Shown piece by piece: positions 25,042 through 33,981 of a stretch of DNA of 38,428 nt (the stretch's first letter is position 1; each line of letters starts with the position of its first letter). A program made the position numbers and the translations under genes. The stretch spans positions 1 through 38,428 of the IMG/VR virus record IMGVR_UViG_3300025018_000058; one strand, given 5' to 3'. The notes beneath the pieces were generated by a model. It made no database searches. It was not told where the DNA came from and saw nothing but the letters and a program-made list of their open reading frames with translations. The DNA is from a virus (lineage: Duplodnaviria; Caudoviricetes).

Positions 25042-26145
25042 ATGACCCAAATTATAACTCCCGTAATGTCTGCTTTTACACCAGTAAAGTATTCATTAAA
25101 ACTTGTAGAATTACTCTACAATGACACAATCTACCCACAAATCACAAATACATCTTACGAAGGTGCTATTAAAGATAGTGGAGATAGAGTTCGTGTTCGT
25201 ACAGCAGGAAAGATTTCTCTTTCAGCTTACACAAAAGGTATGCAACTTGTTAAACAAGAATTAACACCTACATACGAAGACTTGATAATCGACAAACAGT
25301 ATTACTTCTCATTCGGAGTTGATGATATTGATAAAATACAAAATGATATCAATGCAATTACTGAATATGCATCAAACACAAAGAATGATATGTCAGAATT
25401 AATTGATACAGACCTATTGGCATATATGCCTACACAGGTTAATGCAGCAAATATGCTTGGTACAGCTTACGCTACAGGAACAGTTGCAGTTGCAGCTACA
25501 GGCGTAGTTACAGGTACAGGTACAACTTTCGTTACTGGACATATCGGTGGTATCTTCACAGTAACAGGTGCAACAGGTTCATTCCTAGTTACAGCTCGTG
25601 CAAGTAACACTGAAATCACAGTAACAAATCTAGATGGTTCTACTTACTCAGGTGGTGCAGTATCAGCAGGTGCAACATTTAGTATTGCAGGTGCGGTTGC
25701 ACTTTCAACAGCTAAGGAAACAGCATACCAACGTTTAGTAGACCTTTCTACAACTCTTAACAAATCTTTAGCTCCTAGAAACGACCGTTTCGTTGTTGTT
25801 AATGCAGCATTCGAAGGTGTTCTACGTCAAGCTCCTGAATTTATCCCAGCTGTTGAATCAGCATATAAGGGTGTAGTTGAAAAAGGTTTGATAGGTATGA
25901 TAGCAGGTTTCAAAGTTATCTCAAGTGAATTAGTTGCTGGTGATAACACAACTGGTTACTGGTATGTAGCAGGTACAAAGACATTCTGTTCTTTTGCTCT
26001 ACAAATCATGAAAACTTCAGTTATTCCATCTGAAATGTCAGAGGATTCTTTCATCTCAACAGCTAAAGGTTTACTTGTCTGGGGAAAGAAAGTGTTCGCA
26101 GGAAATCGTGCACACGGTGCAGTTCTTAGAACAGTTATAGCATAA
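25042..26145 (+). CDS. Major capsid protein (P22 coat-like) with an inserted beta-rich domain
   Basis: YEG.I...GDRV, L.IDK..YFSF.VDD, P...RFVVV, G.IG.IAGF, GL.VWG.KV motifs; codon usage typical of high expression. Confidence 0.85.
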   Translation: MTQIITPVMSAFTPVKYSLKLVELLYNDTIYPQITNTSYEGAIKDSGDRVRVRTAGKISLSAYTKGMQLVKQELTPTYEDLIIDKQYYFSFGVDDIDKIQNDINAITEYASNTKNDMSELIDTDLLAYMPTQVNAANMLGTAYATGTVAVAATGVVTGTGTTFVTGHIGGIFTVTGATGSFLVTARASNTEITVTNLDGSTYSGGAVSAGATFSIAGAVALSTAKETAYQRLVDLSTTLNKSLAPRNDRFVVVNAAFEGVLRQAPEFIPAVESAYKGVVEKGLIGMIAGFKVISSELVAGDNTTGYWYVAGTKTFCSFALQIMKTSVIPSEMSEDSFISTAKGLLVWGKKVFAGNRAHGAVLRTVIA

Positions 26146-26146
26146 C

Positions 26147-26189
26147 TTTTCTCTTCAGTCCTCCTATATGGAGGATTGGGATAGGAAAA
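26147..26189 (+). terminator. Long hairpin after the capsid gene (terminator or mRNA stability/processing stem)
   Basis: CAGTCCTCC-TATAT-GGAGGATTG core, extended by TTTTC/GAAAA; no plus-strand U tract. Confidence 0.5.
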
Positions 26190-26211
26190 TTATCAATTAA
26201 CCTAAATATAA

Positions 26212-26808
26212 ATGACAATCACACAAATACTACAATTAGCAAGAGCAAAACTATTAGAAGCAACATCTGAGATTATTTCTGATGAAACTATTCTTCTATA
26301 TGCCAATCAGGCAAATATGGATTTAACAAAGAGAATATTTACTAATGATAAAATTCTTTCTAGCACAGTAACATTTACAAGTGGTGTTGGTCCATTACCA
26401 TCAACATTTGGAACTTTGTATGGCTCAGCACAAGATAGTGCAGGTAATGTATTTGAGGAAGTGTCTATAGAAGACTTTGATAATAAAACTCTTGATAGAA
26501 TGATTACTATAGAGGGTGGTGAGTTTAAAATATACCCAACAACAACTACATCTGTAAGTATTAAATACTATCCTACATTTCAAACTCTTACAGCAGGTTC
26601 AACCCCAACATTAAACGAATACTTCCACGAATGTATAATTTATGGAATACTTGAAAGAGCATTTGAAGATTTGCAAGACCAAGAATTATCATCATTCTAT
26701 AAAACAAAATATGAGAGTGAGATATTAAGAAAGATGGCTAATCAAAGTAACTTTGAAGAGGGCAACCAACGAGGAGGTCAGATGTTTTCGTACACAAGAC
26801 TAATTTAA
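26212..26808 (+). CDS. Head-tail adaptor / tail tubular protein A-like
   Basis: 198 aa after the capsid gene; LP..F, IYP, P.L...FHE.I.YG pattern. Confidence 0.65.
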   Translation: MTITQILQLARAKLLEATSEIISDETILLYANQANMDLTKRIFTNDKILSSTVTFTSGVGPLPSTFGTLYGSAQDSAGNVFEEVSIEDFDNKTLDRMITIEGGEFKIYPTTTTSVSIKYYPTFQTLTAGSTPTLNEYFHECIIYGILERAFEDLQDQELSSFYKTKYESEILRKMANQSNFEEGNQRGGQMFSYTRLI

Positions 26809-26821
26809 CTAAAATATTATT

Positions 26822-27472
26822 ATGCCACGTGGAATTTATACTAGAACTAAAAAGGTTGTAATGTCTGAAGAAACTAAGAGAAAAATTAGTGAATCTAACA
26901 AAGGTAAAAAAAGACCAGAAAGGAGTTCTGAATGGAGAGAAAAACAACGTATTGCCATATTAGGTAAAAAACATAATCACAAGACTTCAAATGGTGGTGG
27001 TTGGAAATTAACAGAAGAGCAAAGGGCAAAAATAAGTAAAGCAAAATTAGGTGTAAAAAAATCTGATGAAGTTAAGAAAAATATGAGTGAGGGTCAAAAG
27101 GGTAAAAAATACGGAGAAGAAGCAAGAGCAAATATGTCTAAAAGTAGAGTAAGAGGTGATAAACATTGGAATTGGAATCCTGACAGAGAAAAAGTTTCTC
27201 AGAATAGAACTAGACATTCAATGCATAATCCTGAATATAAAGAGTGGAGATTATCAATATTTACCAGAGATGGATTTACTTGTAGATTACATAGCGAAAA
27301 CTGTAATGGTCAAATACAAGCACATCATATTTTTAAATGGATAGAATACCCAGAATTAAGATATATAATTAATAATGGCATTACATTGTGCCAAGCTCAT
27401 CATCCAAGAAAGAGAGCTGAAGAGAAACGAATGATTCCAATATTTCAGGAATTATTGTCAGTATCAGAATAA
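26822..27472 (+). CDS. Free-standing homing endonuclease (NUMOD3 repeats plus C-terminal HNH)
   Basis: SEETKRKISESNKG-type repeats; EYKEWR..IF.RD.FTC...AHHI...NGITLC..HH. Confidence 0.85.
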   Translation: MPRGIYTRTKKVVMSEETKRKISESNKGKKRPERSSEWREKQRIAILGKKHNHKTSNGGGWKLTEEQRAKISKAKLGVKKSDEVKKNMSEGQKGKKYGEEARANMSKSRVRGDKHWNWNPDREKVSQNRTRHSMHNPEYKEWRLSIFTRDGFTCRLHSENCNGQIQAHHIFKWIEYPELRYIINNGITLCQAHHPRKRAEEKRMIPIFQELLSVSE

Positions 27473-27484
27473 TATAATATTCCA

Positions 27485-29035
27485 TTGAACAAAAAAATGT
27501 TTAGTATTATACAGGACAATATGGCAGATGCTATAGATGTTGATGATAGTAGAGGAAGAAGTGTTCCTATAAATATGAATTTTATAGAAACTGGGTATCT
27601 AACAAAAGATACTGGTTTTTCTTTATCTGGTGCTACAGAAACTACAGAGATACATTCATTATATAACTTTCAAAAGAAAGATGGTACTTCTTATTTTATA
27701 AGAGCAAAAGGAACTAAAATACAACTATTTAATACAACTACATTACTATGGGTAGATACTACTAAGACAATAACAGCAGGTGCTAAGTTTGGATTTGTTA
27801 CAGATAGTGCTGGAGATATAATGTATGGTTCTAATGCTGTAGATAGTGCTTGGTCTTATAATGGAACTACATTTACAGATATAGCAGCAATACCTAAGGG
27901 TAACATACTAGAAATATTTGAAGATAAACTTTATGTAGCAGGTGTATTATTAGAACCTAGAACTGTTTACTATTCTAATAGTGGAGTATTTACTACATTC
28001 ACAGGAACTGATGTATTTAAACCATTAGGGGTAGATAAAATAACAGACCTAAAGAACTACTATGGTTTCTTAATCGTATTCAAAGAAAAGAGTATTTGGA
28101 AAGTATCAAGAGTTCAAGATAGTATTGGAACATATTACAACAAACAAGAATTACAATCAAGTAATTATGGTGCTTGTTCTCGTAAGGCAGTTGTTTGGGT
28201 AGAGAATGACTTATGGTTCTTTACTGGTAGAGAGGTAAGAGCATTTGGATTTAAAGACCAACAAACAGGTGTTCTTGGAATAAATAGTTCTGTATTATCT
28301 GAACAAATAAAAGAAACATTACTTACAGTTCCTGAAGCAAATTATCCTTATATAACAGTTTGGTATTCTGATAGAAAGTTTTACTTATCTGTTGGATTAT
28401 CAACAACAACACCTACATTAAATGATACAATGTTTATTTGCCATACTCTATATAAGAATAGTTGGACTAAGTATATAGGTAGAGATAAGGCTAAAGCATC
28501 CGAATTATATAATATAAATAATACAATTTACTCAGTAAAGAATGTTACTCCTTTTGCAGTATTAAAATGGGATAGTAGTTTATTAAATGATAATGGAACT
28601 GCTATATCAAGTGTGGTAACATTTAAGAAAGTAGAGGATAAAGACTTTAACCTATTTAATATTTATAGGTATCTTGATTTAATGTTTAAGAACTTACAGG
28701 CTAGAATTACAATAACAATATTCCAAGATAAATCTGATATAAGAACATCAAAGTCTAAGAACTTTTATATAGGACTAGGAACAGAAGATGAATTGGCTAC
28801 TGTTGGTGAGGTAGACTTCGGAGAGAACTTATGGGCAGATGGATTTGGGCAATCACCTGAATCATCACCTTTCTTAAAGAGAAGAATTTCTTTCTTATCA
28901 AAGGCTCAATCATTAACAATACAATTATCTAATGCTGAATTAAATGGAGCATTTACTATTTCACAGTTTGCATTAAATGGTTTCAAACAAGAAAAGAAAA
29001 CATTTGACCCAGCAGCAATAGTATCAATAAAATAA
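27485..29035 (+). CDS. Tail tubular protein B / packaged-DNA stabilisation protein (beta-propeller); start may be ATT at 27479
   Basis: VYYS, LIVFKEKSIW, YGACS repeats; size and synteny. Confidence 0.7.
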   Translation: MNKKMFSIIQDNMADAIDVDDSRGRSVPINMNFIETGYLTKDTGFSLSGATETTEIHSLYNFQKKDGTSYFIRAKGTKIQLFNTTTLLWVDTTKTITAGAKFGFVTDSAGDIMYGSNAVDSAWSYNGTTFTDIAAIPKGNILEIFEDKLYVAGVLLEPRTVYYSNSGVFTTFTGTDVFKPLGVDKITDLKNYYGFLIVFKEKSIWKVSRVQDSIGTYYNKQELQSSNYGACSRKAVVWVENDLWFFTGREVRAFGFKDQQTGVLGINSSVLSEQIKETLLTVPEANYPYITVWYSDRKFYLSVGLSTTTPTLNDTMFICHTLYKNSWTKYIGRDKAKASELYNINNTIYSVKNVTPFAVLKWDSSLLNDNGTAISSVVTFKKVEDKDFNLFNIYRYLDLMFKNLQARITITIFQDKSDIRTSKSKNFYIGLGTEDELATVGEVDFGENLWADGFGQSPESSPFLKRRISFLSKAQSLTIQLSNAELNGAFTISQFALNGFKQEKKTFDPAAIVSIK

Positions 29036-29037
29036 AC

Positions 29038-29066
29038 TTGACTTTATTAACTAAGTGTGTTATAAT
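29038..29066 (+). promoter_or_regulatory. sigma70 promoter for the tail fibre genes
   Basis: TTGACT-N17-TATAAT with TGn. Confidence 0.75.
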
Positions 29067-29080
29067 AAGAAGAATAAACA

Positions 29081-30127
29081 ATGTCAAAAATAATTCAAAA
29101 TTTCTACAAATCAACATTATCATTAGACTGGTCCATTGGAACAGGTAATTTTTATGTTACAACAAAACCTACTATTACAGATGGTTGGCTTGTTATTAGT
29201 CCTAACAATTCTACAATAAGAGAAATAGTAAGATATACTTCTACTGGAACAGATGGTAATGGAGATTATGTTGTAGTATCTATTAGAGGAGTAGGAGGAA
29301 CTACAGAACAAACACATACACAAGGAGAACCTATTCGTATGAACATTACTGCTGAATACTGGGCAGAAATGACAGATGATATAAATAATATCGTAGCAGC
29401 AGGTGTTCCTAATGCTAATACAACAACTATGGGAGGTGTAGAAATTGCTACAGATGCAGAGGTTATAGCAGGAACTAATACTGGTTCTACTGGAGCTAGT
29501 TTAGTTGCTACACCAGGACAAATTAAAACAAATTATGAAAAGATAATTCCAATAGTTAGAACTTATTTAAATGCAGTAAGTCCTGCAACTTGGACTAAAC
29601 CAGCAGGATTAAAATATGTAGTTGTTGAAGTTCAAGCTGGTGGTGGTGGTGGTGGTACATCAAGAGGAGGAGGTGGTGGTGGAGCAGGTGGATATTCGAA
29701 AAAACTAATAGCAGTTTCAACACTAGGAGCAACTGAAACTGTAACTATTGGAGCAGGTGGAGCAGCAGAAACATTTGGTGGAAATTCATCTTTTGGAACA
29801 CACGCTACAGCAACAGGTGGAGGTGGGGAAATTTCTGACGGTATTGGTGGATTAGGTGGAATAGGAAGTGGTGGAGATATAAATCTTGGTGGAGGTGATG
29901 GTGCATCTTTACAATTGATTTCAAATGATATAAATAATGATTCTGGTTCTGGTGGTACTGGAGGTACTAGTCATCTTGGTGGTGGTGGAAAGGGTGGTTT
30001 TAATAAAACCAATGGTGAAGATGGAAATGTTTATGGTGGTGGAGGTGGAGGAGGTGGAGGATTTGATGGTGAATATATTGGTGGTGCAGGAGCAGCAGGT
30101 ATTGTAATAGTTACAGAATACTATTAA
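29081..30127 (+). CDS. Tail fibre 1 with a glycine-rich C-terminal domain
   Basis: ATWTKPAG..YVVVEVQAGGGGG...GIVIVTEY; GGVEIAT repeat. Confidence 0.75.
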   Translation: MSKIIQNFYKSTLSLDWSIGTGNFYVTTKPTITDGWLVISPNNSTIREIVRYTSTGTDGNGDYVVVSIRGVGGTTEQTHTQGEPIRMNITAEYWAEMTDDINNIVAAGVPNANTTTMGGVEIATDAEVIAGTNTGSTGASLVATPGQIKTNYEKIIPIVRTYLNAVSPATWTKPAGLKYVVVEVQAGGGGGGTSRGGGGGGAGGYSKKLIAVSTLGATETVTIGAGGAAETFGGNSSFGTHATATGGGGEISDGIGGLGGIGSGGDINLGGGDGASLQLISNDINNDSGSGGTGGTSHLGGGGKGGFNKTNGEDGNVYGGGGGGGGGFDGEYIGGAGAAGIVIVTEYY

Positions 30128-30156
30128 TGATAATTATTAATTTAAAATAAAACAAA

Positions 30157-31791
30157 GTGCCTACATTAATTCAAAATTTCTACAAAACAACAATCACTCG
30201 TAATTGGACAGCAACTACAGGTGATTTCAATGTATCAACTAAACCTACTATATCAGCAGGTTGGTTAGTAATATCAGCAAACAACACAACACTCCGTGAA
30301 ATAATTAAATATACAGCAACTGGAACTAATGCTTATGGTGATTTTGTTACTGTATCAGAAAGAGGAATAGGTGGTACAACAGCACAAACACATAGTATAG
30401 GTGAAAGTGTTAGAATGAATATTACAGCAGAACATTGGGCAGAACTTAATGCCAATGCAGTAGCACCTACTTTAGAAGTAGGAACAGTTACAGAACTAGA
30501 CCCAGGAACAACACCTACAGTAGTAAACTCAGGAACAACGGTAAATGCTATATTTGATTTTGCATTACCATTAGGTGCTCAAATTTATAGTACAATTTTA
30601 ATACCAGATAATAGTGTAGGGAATAATGGTGATTGGGCTTTTTCAACATCTTCAACATCTAATGTATGGTATAAGTCAGCAGGTGTTTGGGGTTTAGTAA
30701 ATAGTAATAAAGGAGTACAAGGAGATACTGGAGTAGGAATAACAAGTATAACTTTAACTGGAACACTTGGATTAGTAGATACTTATACAATAACTTATGA
30801 TGATGCAACTACTTCTACTTTTAATATAACAAATGGAGCACAAGGAATACAGGGGTTACCAGGTAATGATGGAGCAGATGGAATAATGGCAAGTGTAGTA
30901 GCAGGAACAAAAATAAGTGTAGATAATACAGACCCAGCAAATCCTATTGTGAATCTAGCACTCGGATTGGATGATAACTTTGTAACAGATGCACAAGTTG
31001 CTGCTTTACACGGAGTAAATGATGCTAACACTACAAGTAACTCTTATGCAGATGGAAAAGTAGCAGATACTATAACAGATGGTGTAACAACAGTAGCACC
31101 TAGTCAGAATGCTGTATTTGATTCTTTGGCTCTAAAAGCTCCACTAGCAAGTCCTACATTTACAGGTTTAGTAACAACCCCAGCACTAAAAATAACAACA
31201 GGAGCAGGAGCAGGTAAAGTAGCCACATCAGATGCAGATGGAGATGTTACTTGGGAAACACCATCAGGTGGAGCATCAAGTGCATTAACTCTTATACCTA
31301 AAAGTAATATATCTGATATTGATGTAGTTGGTGCAATGGTCTTTAATTCAAATACCAAAATGCATATTGGACAGATAGTAGTTCCATTTAATATTGTGGT
31401 AAATAAGATAAGTATTTATGGTTATTCTGTAACTACTGCAGGAACAATTACTATAACAATGTATTCGGAAGATGGACAAACACAATTATTTTCTGTAACT
31501 TCTTCAACATTTTCTTCACAAAGACTTGAAACGATTACTGTTGGTGCTGTTTCTATATCTGCTGGTGTTTACTATATAGCGGTCAATTCAAATGGAACGG
31601 CTGCTCTTCAAACATTCTCTTGGGGACAAACAACTCCATTCACTGCTGGTTATTTCAATAATGAAGTAGCATCTGAACCTATAATGGAAGGGACCCTAAC
31701 AATAACCGCAGATACACCTCCATTAACAATAACACCAACATCAATAACAGCAGAGCAAAAACATACTTTAATTTGTAGGATAGATAACTAA
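30157..31791 (+). CDS. Tail fibre 2 (GTG start) with short collagen-like repeats
   Basis: N-terminal ~97 aa paralogous to fibre 1; GAQGIQGLPG; KAPLASPTFTG motif. Confidence 0.75.
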   Translation: MPTLIQNFYKTTITRNWTATTGDFNVSTKPTISAGWLVISANNTTLREIIKYTATGTNAYGDFVTVSERGIGGTTAQTHSIGESVRMNITAEHWAELNANAVAPTLEVGTVTELDPGTTPTVVNSGTTVNAIFDFALPLGAQIYSTILIPDNSVGNNGDWAFSTSSTSNVWYKSAGVWGLVNSNKGVQGDTGVGITSITLTGTLGLVDTYTITYDDATTSTFNITNGAQGIQGLPGNDGADGIMASVVAGTKISVDNTDPANPIVNLALGLDDNFVTDAQVAALHGVNDANTTSNSYADGKVADTITDGVTTVAPSQNAVFDSLALKAPLASPTFTGLVTTPALKITTGAGAGKVATSDADGDVTWETPSGGASSALTLIPKSNISDIDVVGAMVFNSNTKMHIGQIVVPFNIVVNKISIYGYSVTTAGTITITMYSEDGQTQLFSVTSSTFSSQRLETITVGAVSISAGVYYIAVNSNGTAALQTFSWGQTTPFTAGYFNNEVASEPIMEGTLTITADTPPLTITPTSITAEQKHTLICRIDN

Positions 31792-31796
31792 TATAA

Positions 31797-31889
31797 ATTC
31801 AAGTATTAATAATCGTAATCCTAGCATCACTTTTAATAACTTACTTTGTGGGGAAAGAGATAGGGGGGAAATTAATAATTAACACTTGA
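31797..31889 (+). CDS. Putative 30-aa TM peptide with an ATT start
   Basis: (M)QVLIIVILASLLITYFVGKEIGGKLIINT; begins 5 nt after the upstream stop. Confidence 0.3.
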   Translation: MQVLIIVILASLLITYFVGKEIGGKLIINT

Positions 31890-31914
31890 CAAATCATTAA
31901 TAATAATGTATAAT
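31886..31914 (+). promoter_or_regulatory. sigma70 consensus promoter, near-leaderless
   Basis: TTGACA-N17-TATAAT; 8 nt to ATG 31923. Confidence 0.75.
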
Positions 31915-31922
31915 AGAATAAT

Positions 31923-33980
31923 ATGGCACAAACAGTACAATATAGCCCTAAAACAGGTAAAAAATTAAATAAAGGTGAAAGTGTTTCTTATGGTGGTAGA
32001 ACATATACACAAGGTTCTTCTAATATCTTAGGAACATCACCAACAAAAGCAAAATCATCAGGTAGTGCTGCTATTCGAACATTACAAGAATCCTTAAATA
32101 AAAAAGGTGCTAATCTTAAAGTAGATGGAATAGCAGGTCCTTTAACAAAAGCAGCACAAGCTAAATATGGAGGTTCTAGGGTTAATAGTAATGTTATTAA
32201 TGGTGATAATAAGTATACCACAATAAAAGGTGGTGGTTATACTATATCAAAAAGTCAAGCAAAGAAAAAAACATTTCTTGGTAGTATTTTTGGTAAAGTA
32301 AAAGATGCTATTAATACAGTTGGTGGAAAGTTACAAAGTGCTAATGCCTATTCAGGTTATGTTTTAAATCCAACATCTACTTATACTCCTCCAAAATCAT
32401 TAATAGGTCAAAATTTAGCAAATGGTGGATTACCTAATTTTGCTACTGGATATGAAAAGGCTACAACCTTTTCAGGTACTCCAGTAAATACTAAAAAAAT
32501 AGAAAAACCAATAGATGAACCTACAAGTGCCAATATGGATTTGTCTTTAGGTTATGGAGAAAGTCCTCTTAATCCTGATGTTACTGGATTAGGTGGATTA
32601 ACTAATATATTAAATACACCCAAAAAGACTATATCAGAATCTCCAGCTATGGATACAACTATAACTCAAAAGACTACTGGAACTGATACAAGTGGTAATA
32701 AGGTCATTACTACGGCTGAATCAACACCAAGTGTTGGAACATCAACTTATAGCACTAATAATGCAAGTATATTAAATGCTGCAAATCAAGCTAATATTGT
32801 TTTAAATGATACTAATGGAACTGCGTTTATGAGTAATGCTACAAAAAAGGGAGAATTTGAACCAAGTAAGATATTAAATTATGCCAATACAATGGCAAAA
32901 GCATTTAACACACCTGAAGATGCTACAAAATTTTATAATAGTCCTGAAGGACAAAAGAGTGCAGCTGATTATGTGGCAAAGGGTGGTAAGATAGAGGATA
33001 TAATATCTAAAATTCAAATAGTTAATAATAGCATTACAGAACCTAAAACAACAGCAGAATTTCTTGCCTATGATAAGAATGTAGCAAAACAAAAGACAGA
33101 TATGTTTAATGAACAAATTGCTACAGAAGCAGGTTGGACACAGCAACAAAAAGATATTCTGTTAGGTAAAAAAGATGCACAAGGTAATGACATATTACTT
33201 GGATTAGCAGAACAGCAAAAACAAGAACAACAGACTAGATTAGATTACTATGAGAGAAAATTAAATGATGAACGTACATCTGCTAGAGAAAAATCACAAT
33301 ATATGATTGATAAGGCTAGAGCAGAATTTGAAAGACAAGATGCTGAAACAGAAATCAATCGTATAAATGCTAAAGCAGGACTTACAGAGTTCCTTGCTAA
33401 GATAGGTGCTCTTAGAACAGATGGTAATGCTCTATTAGGTATAGAGAAACTAGAACAAGCATACCAAGCACAAAGACAACAATTAAGAAGTAACTTCCAA
33501 TTATCTGAGAGAGAAATTCGTATGGATATGAATGATAAGATAAATGGACTTGAATCTGACTTAGAGGAAAAGAAATTTATAATGTCGCAAGACCTATCTA
33601 AAACAGAAAGAGAGGTTGCTGTTGATTTGGCTAAACTTGAATATGACCACGATAAGACTATGAATAGTTATAAGTTTAAGTACTATGAGGAAATTGAGAG
33701 TGCCAAAGAAAAGGCACAGGCTAAGGCAACAAAAACAAGTGAAGATTGGCTACGTTCTCTATATGACCTAAGTGGATGGAATCAATTTACTGCTGCTGAT
33801 GAGGAATATAAAAATACTTGGATTGAAAATGCTCTTAAGAGTAAAAAAGATGTAGGTTCTTGGGTTAATCAATTAACTCCAGGTAGTATTTCTAAAAGTA
33901 ATGTTGATAAGTCTATATCAGATTTTGAAGGAGGTGGTGTTGATGTTAATAATAATGACCCACTAGGTCTAGGAATTTAA
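31923..33980 (+). CDS. Internal virion / ejection protein 1 with an N-terminal peptidoglycan-binding-like domain
   Basis: AIRTLQESLN.KG..LKVDGIAGPLT..A; long C-terminal coiled coil. Confidence 0.6.
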   Translation: MAQTVQYSPKTGKKLNKGESVSYGGRTYTQGSSNILGTSPTKAKSSGSAAIRTLQESLNKKGANLKVDGIAGPLTKAAQAKYGGSRVNSNVINGDNKYTTIKGGGYTISKSQAKKKTFLGSIFGKVKDAINTVGGKLQSANAYSGYVLNPTSTYTPPKSLIGQNLANGGLPNFATGYEKATTFSGTPVNTKKIEKPIDEPTSANMDLSLGYGESPLNPDVTGLGGLTNILNTPKKTISESPAMDTTITQKTTGTDTSGNKVITTAESTPSVGTSTYSTNNASILNAANQANIVLNDTNGTAFMSNATKKGEFEPSKILNYANTMAKAFNTPEDATKFYNSPEGQKSAADYVAKGGKIEDIISKIQIVNNSITEPKTTAEFLAYDKNVAKQKTDMFNEQIATEAGWTQQQKDILLGKKDAQGNDILLGLAEQQKQEQQTRLDYYERKLNDERTSAREKSQYMIDKARAEFERQDAETEINRINAKAGLTEFLAKIGALRTDGNALLGIEKLEQAYQAQRQQLRSNFQLSEREIRMDMNDKINGLESDLEEKKFIMSQDLSKTEREVAVDLAKLEYDHDKTMNSYKFKYYEEIESAKEKAQAKATKTSEDWLRSLYDLSGWNQFTAADEEYKNTWIENALKSKKDVGSWVNQLTPGSISKSNVDKSISDFEGGGVDVNNNDPLGLGI

Positions 33981-33981
33981 T

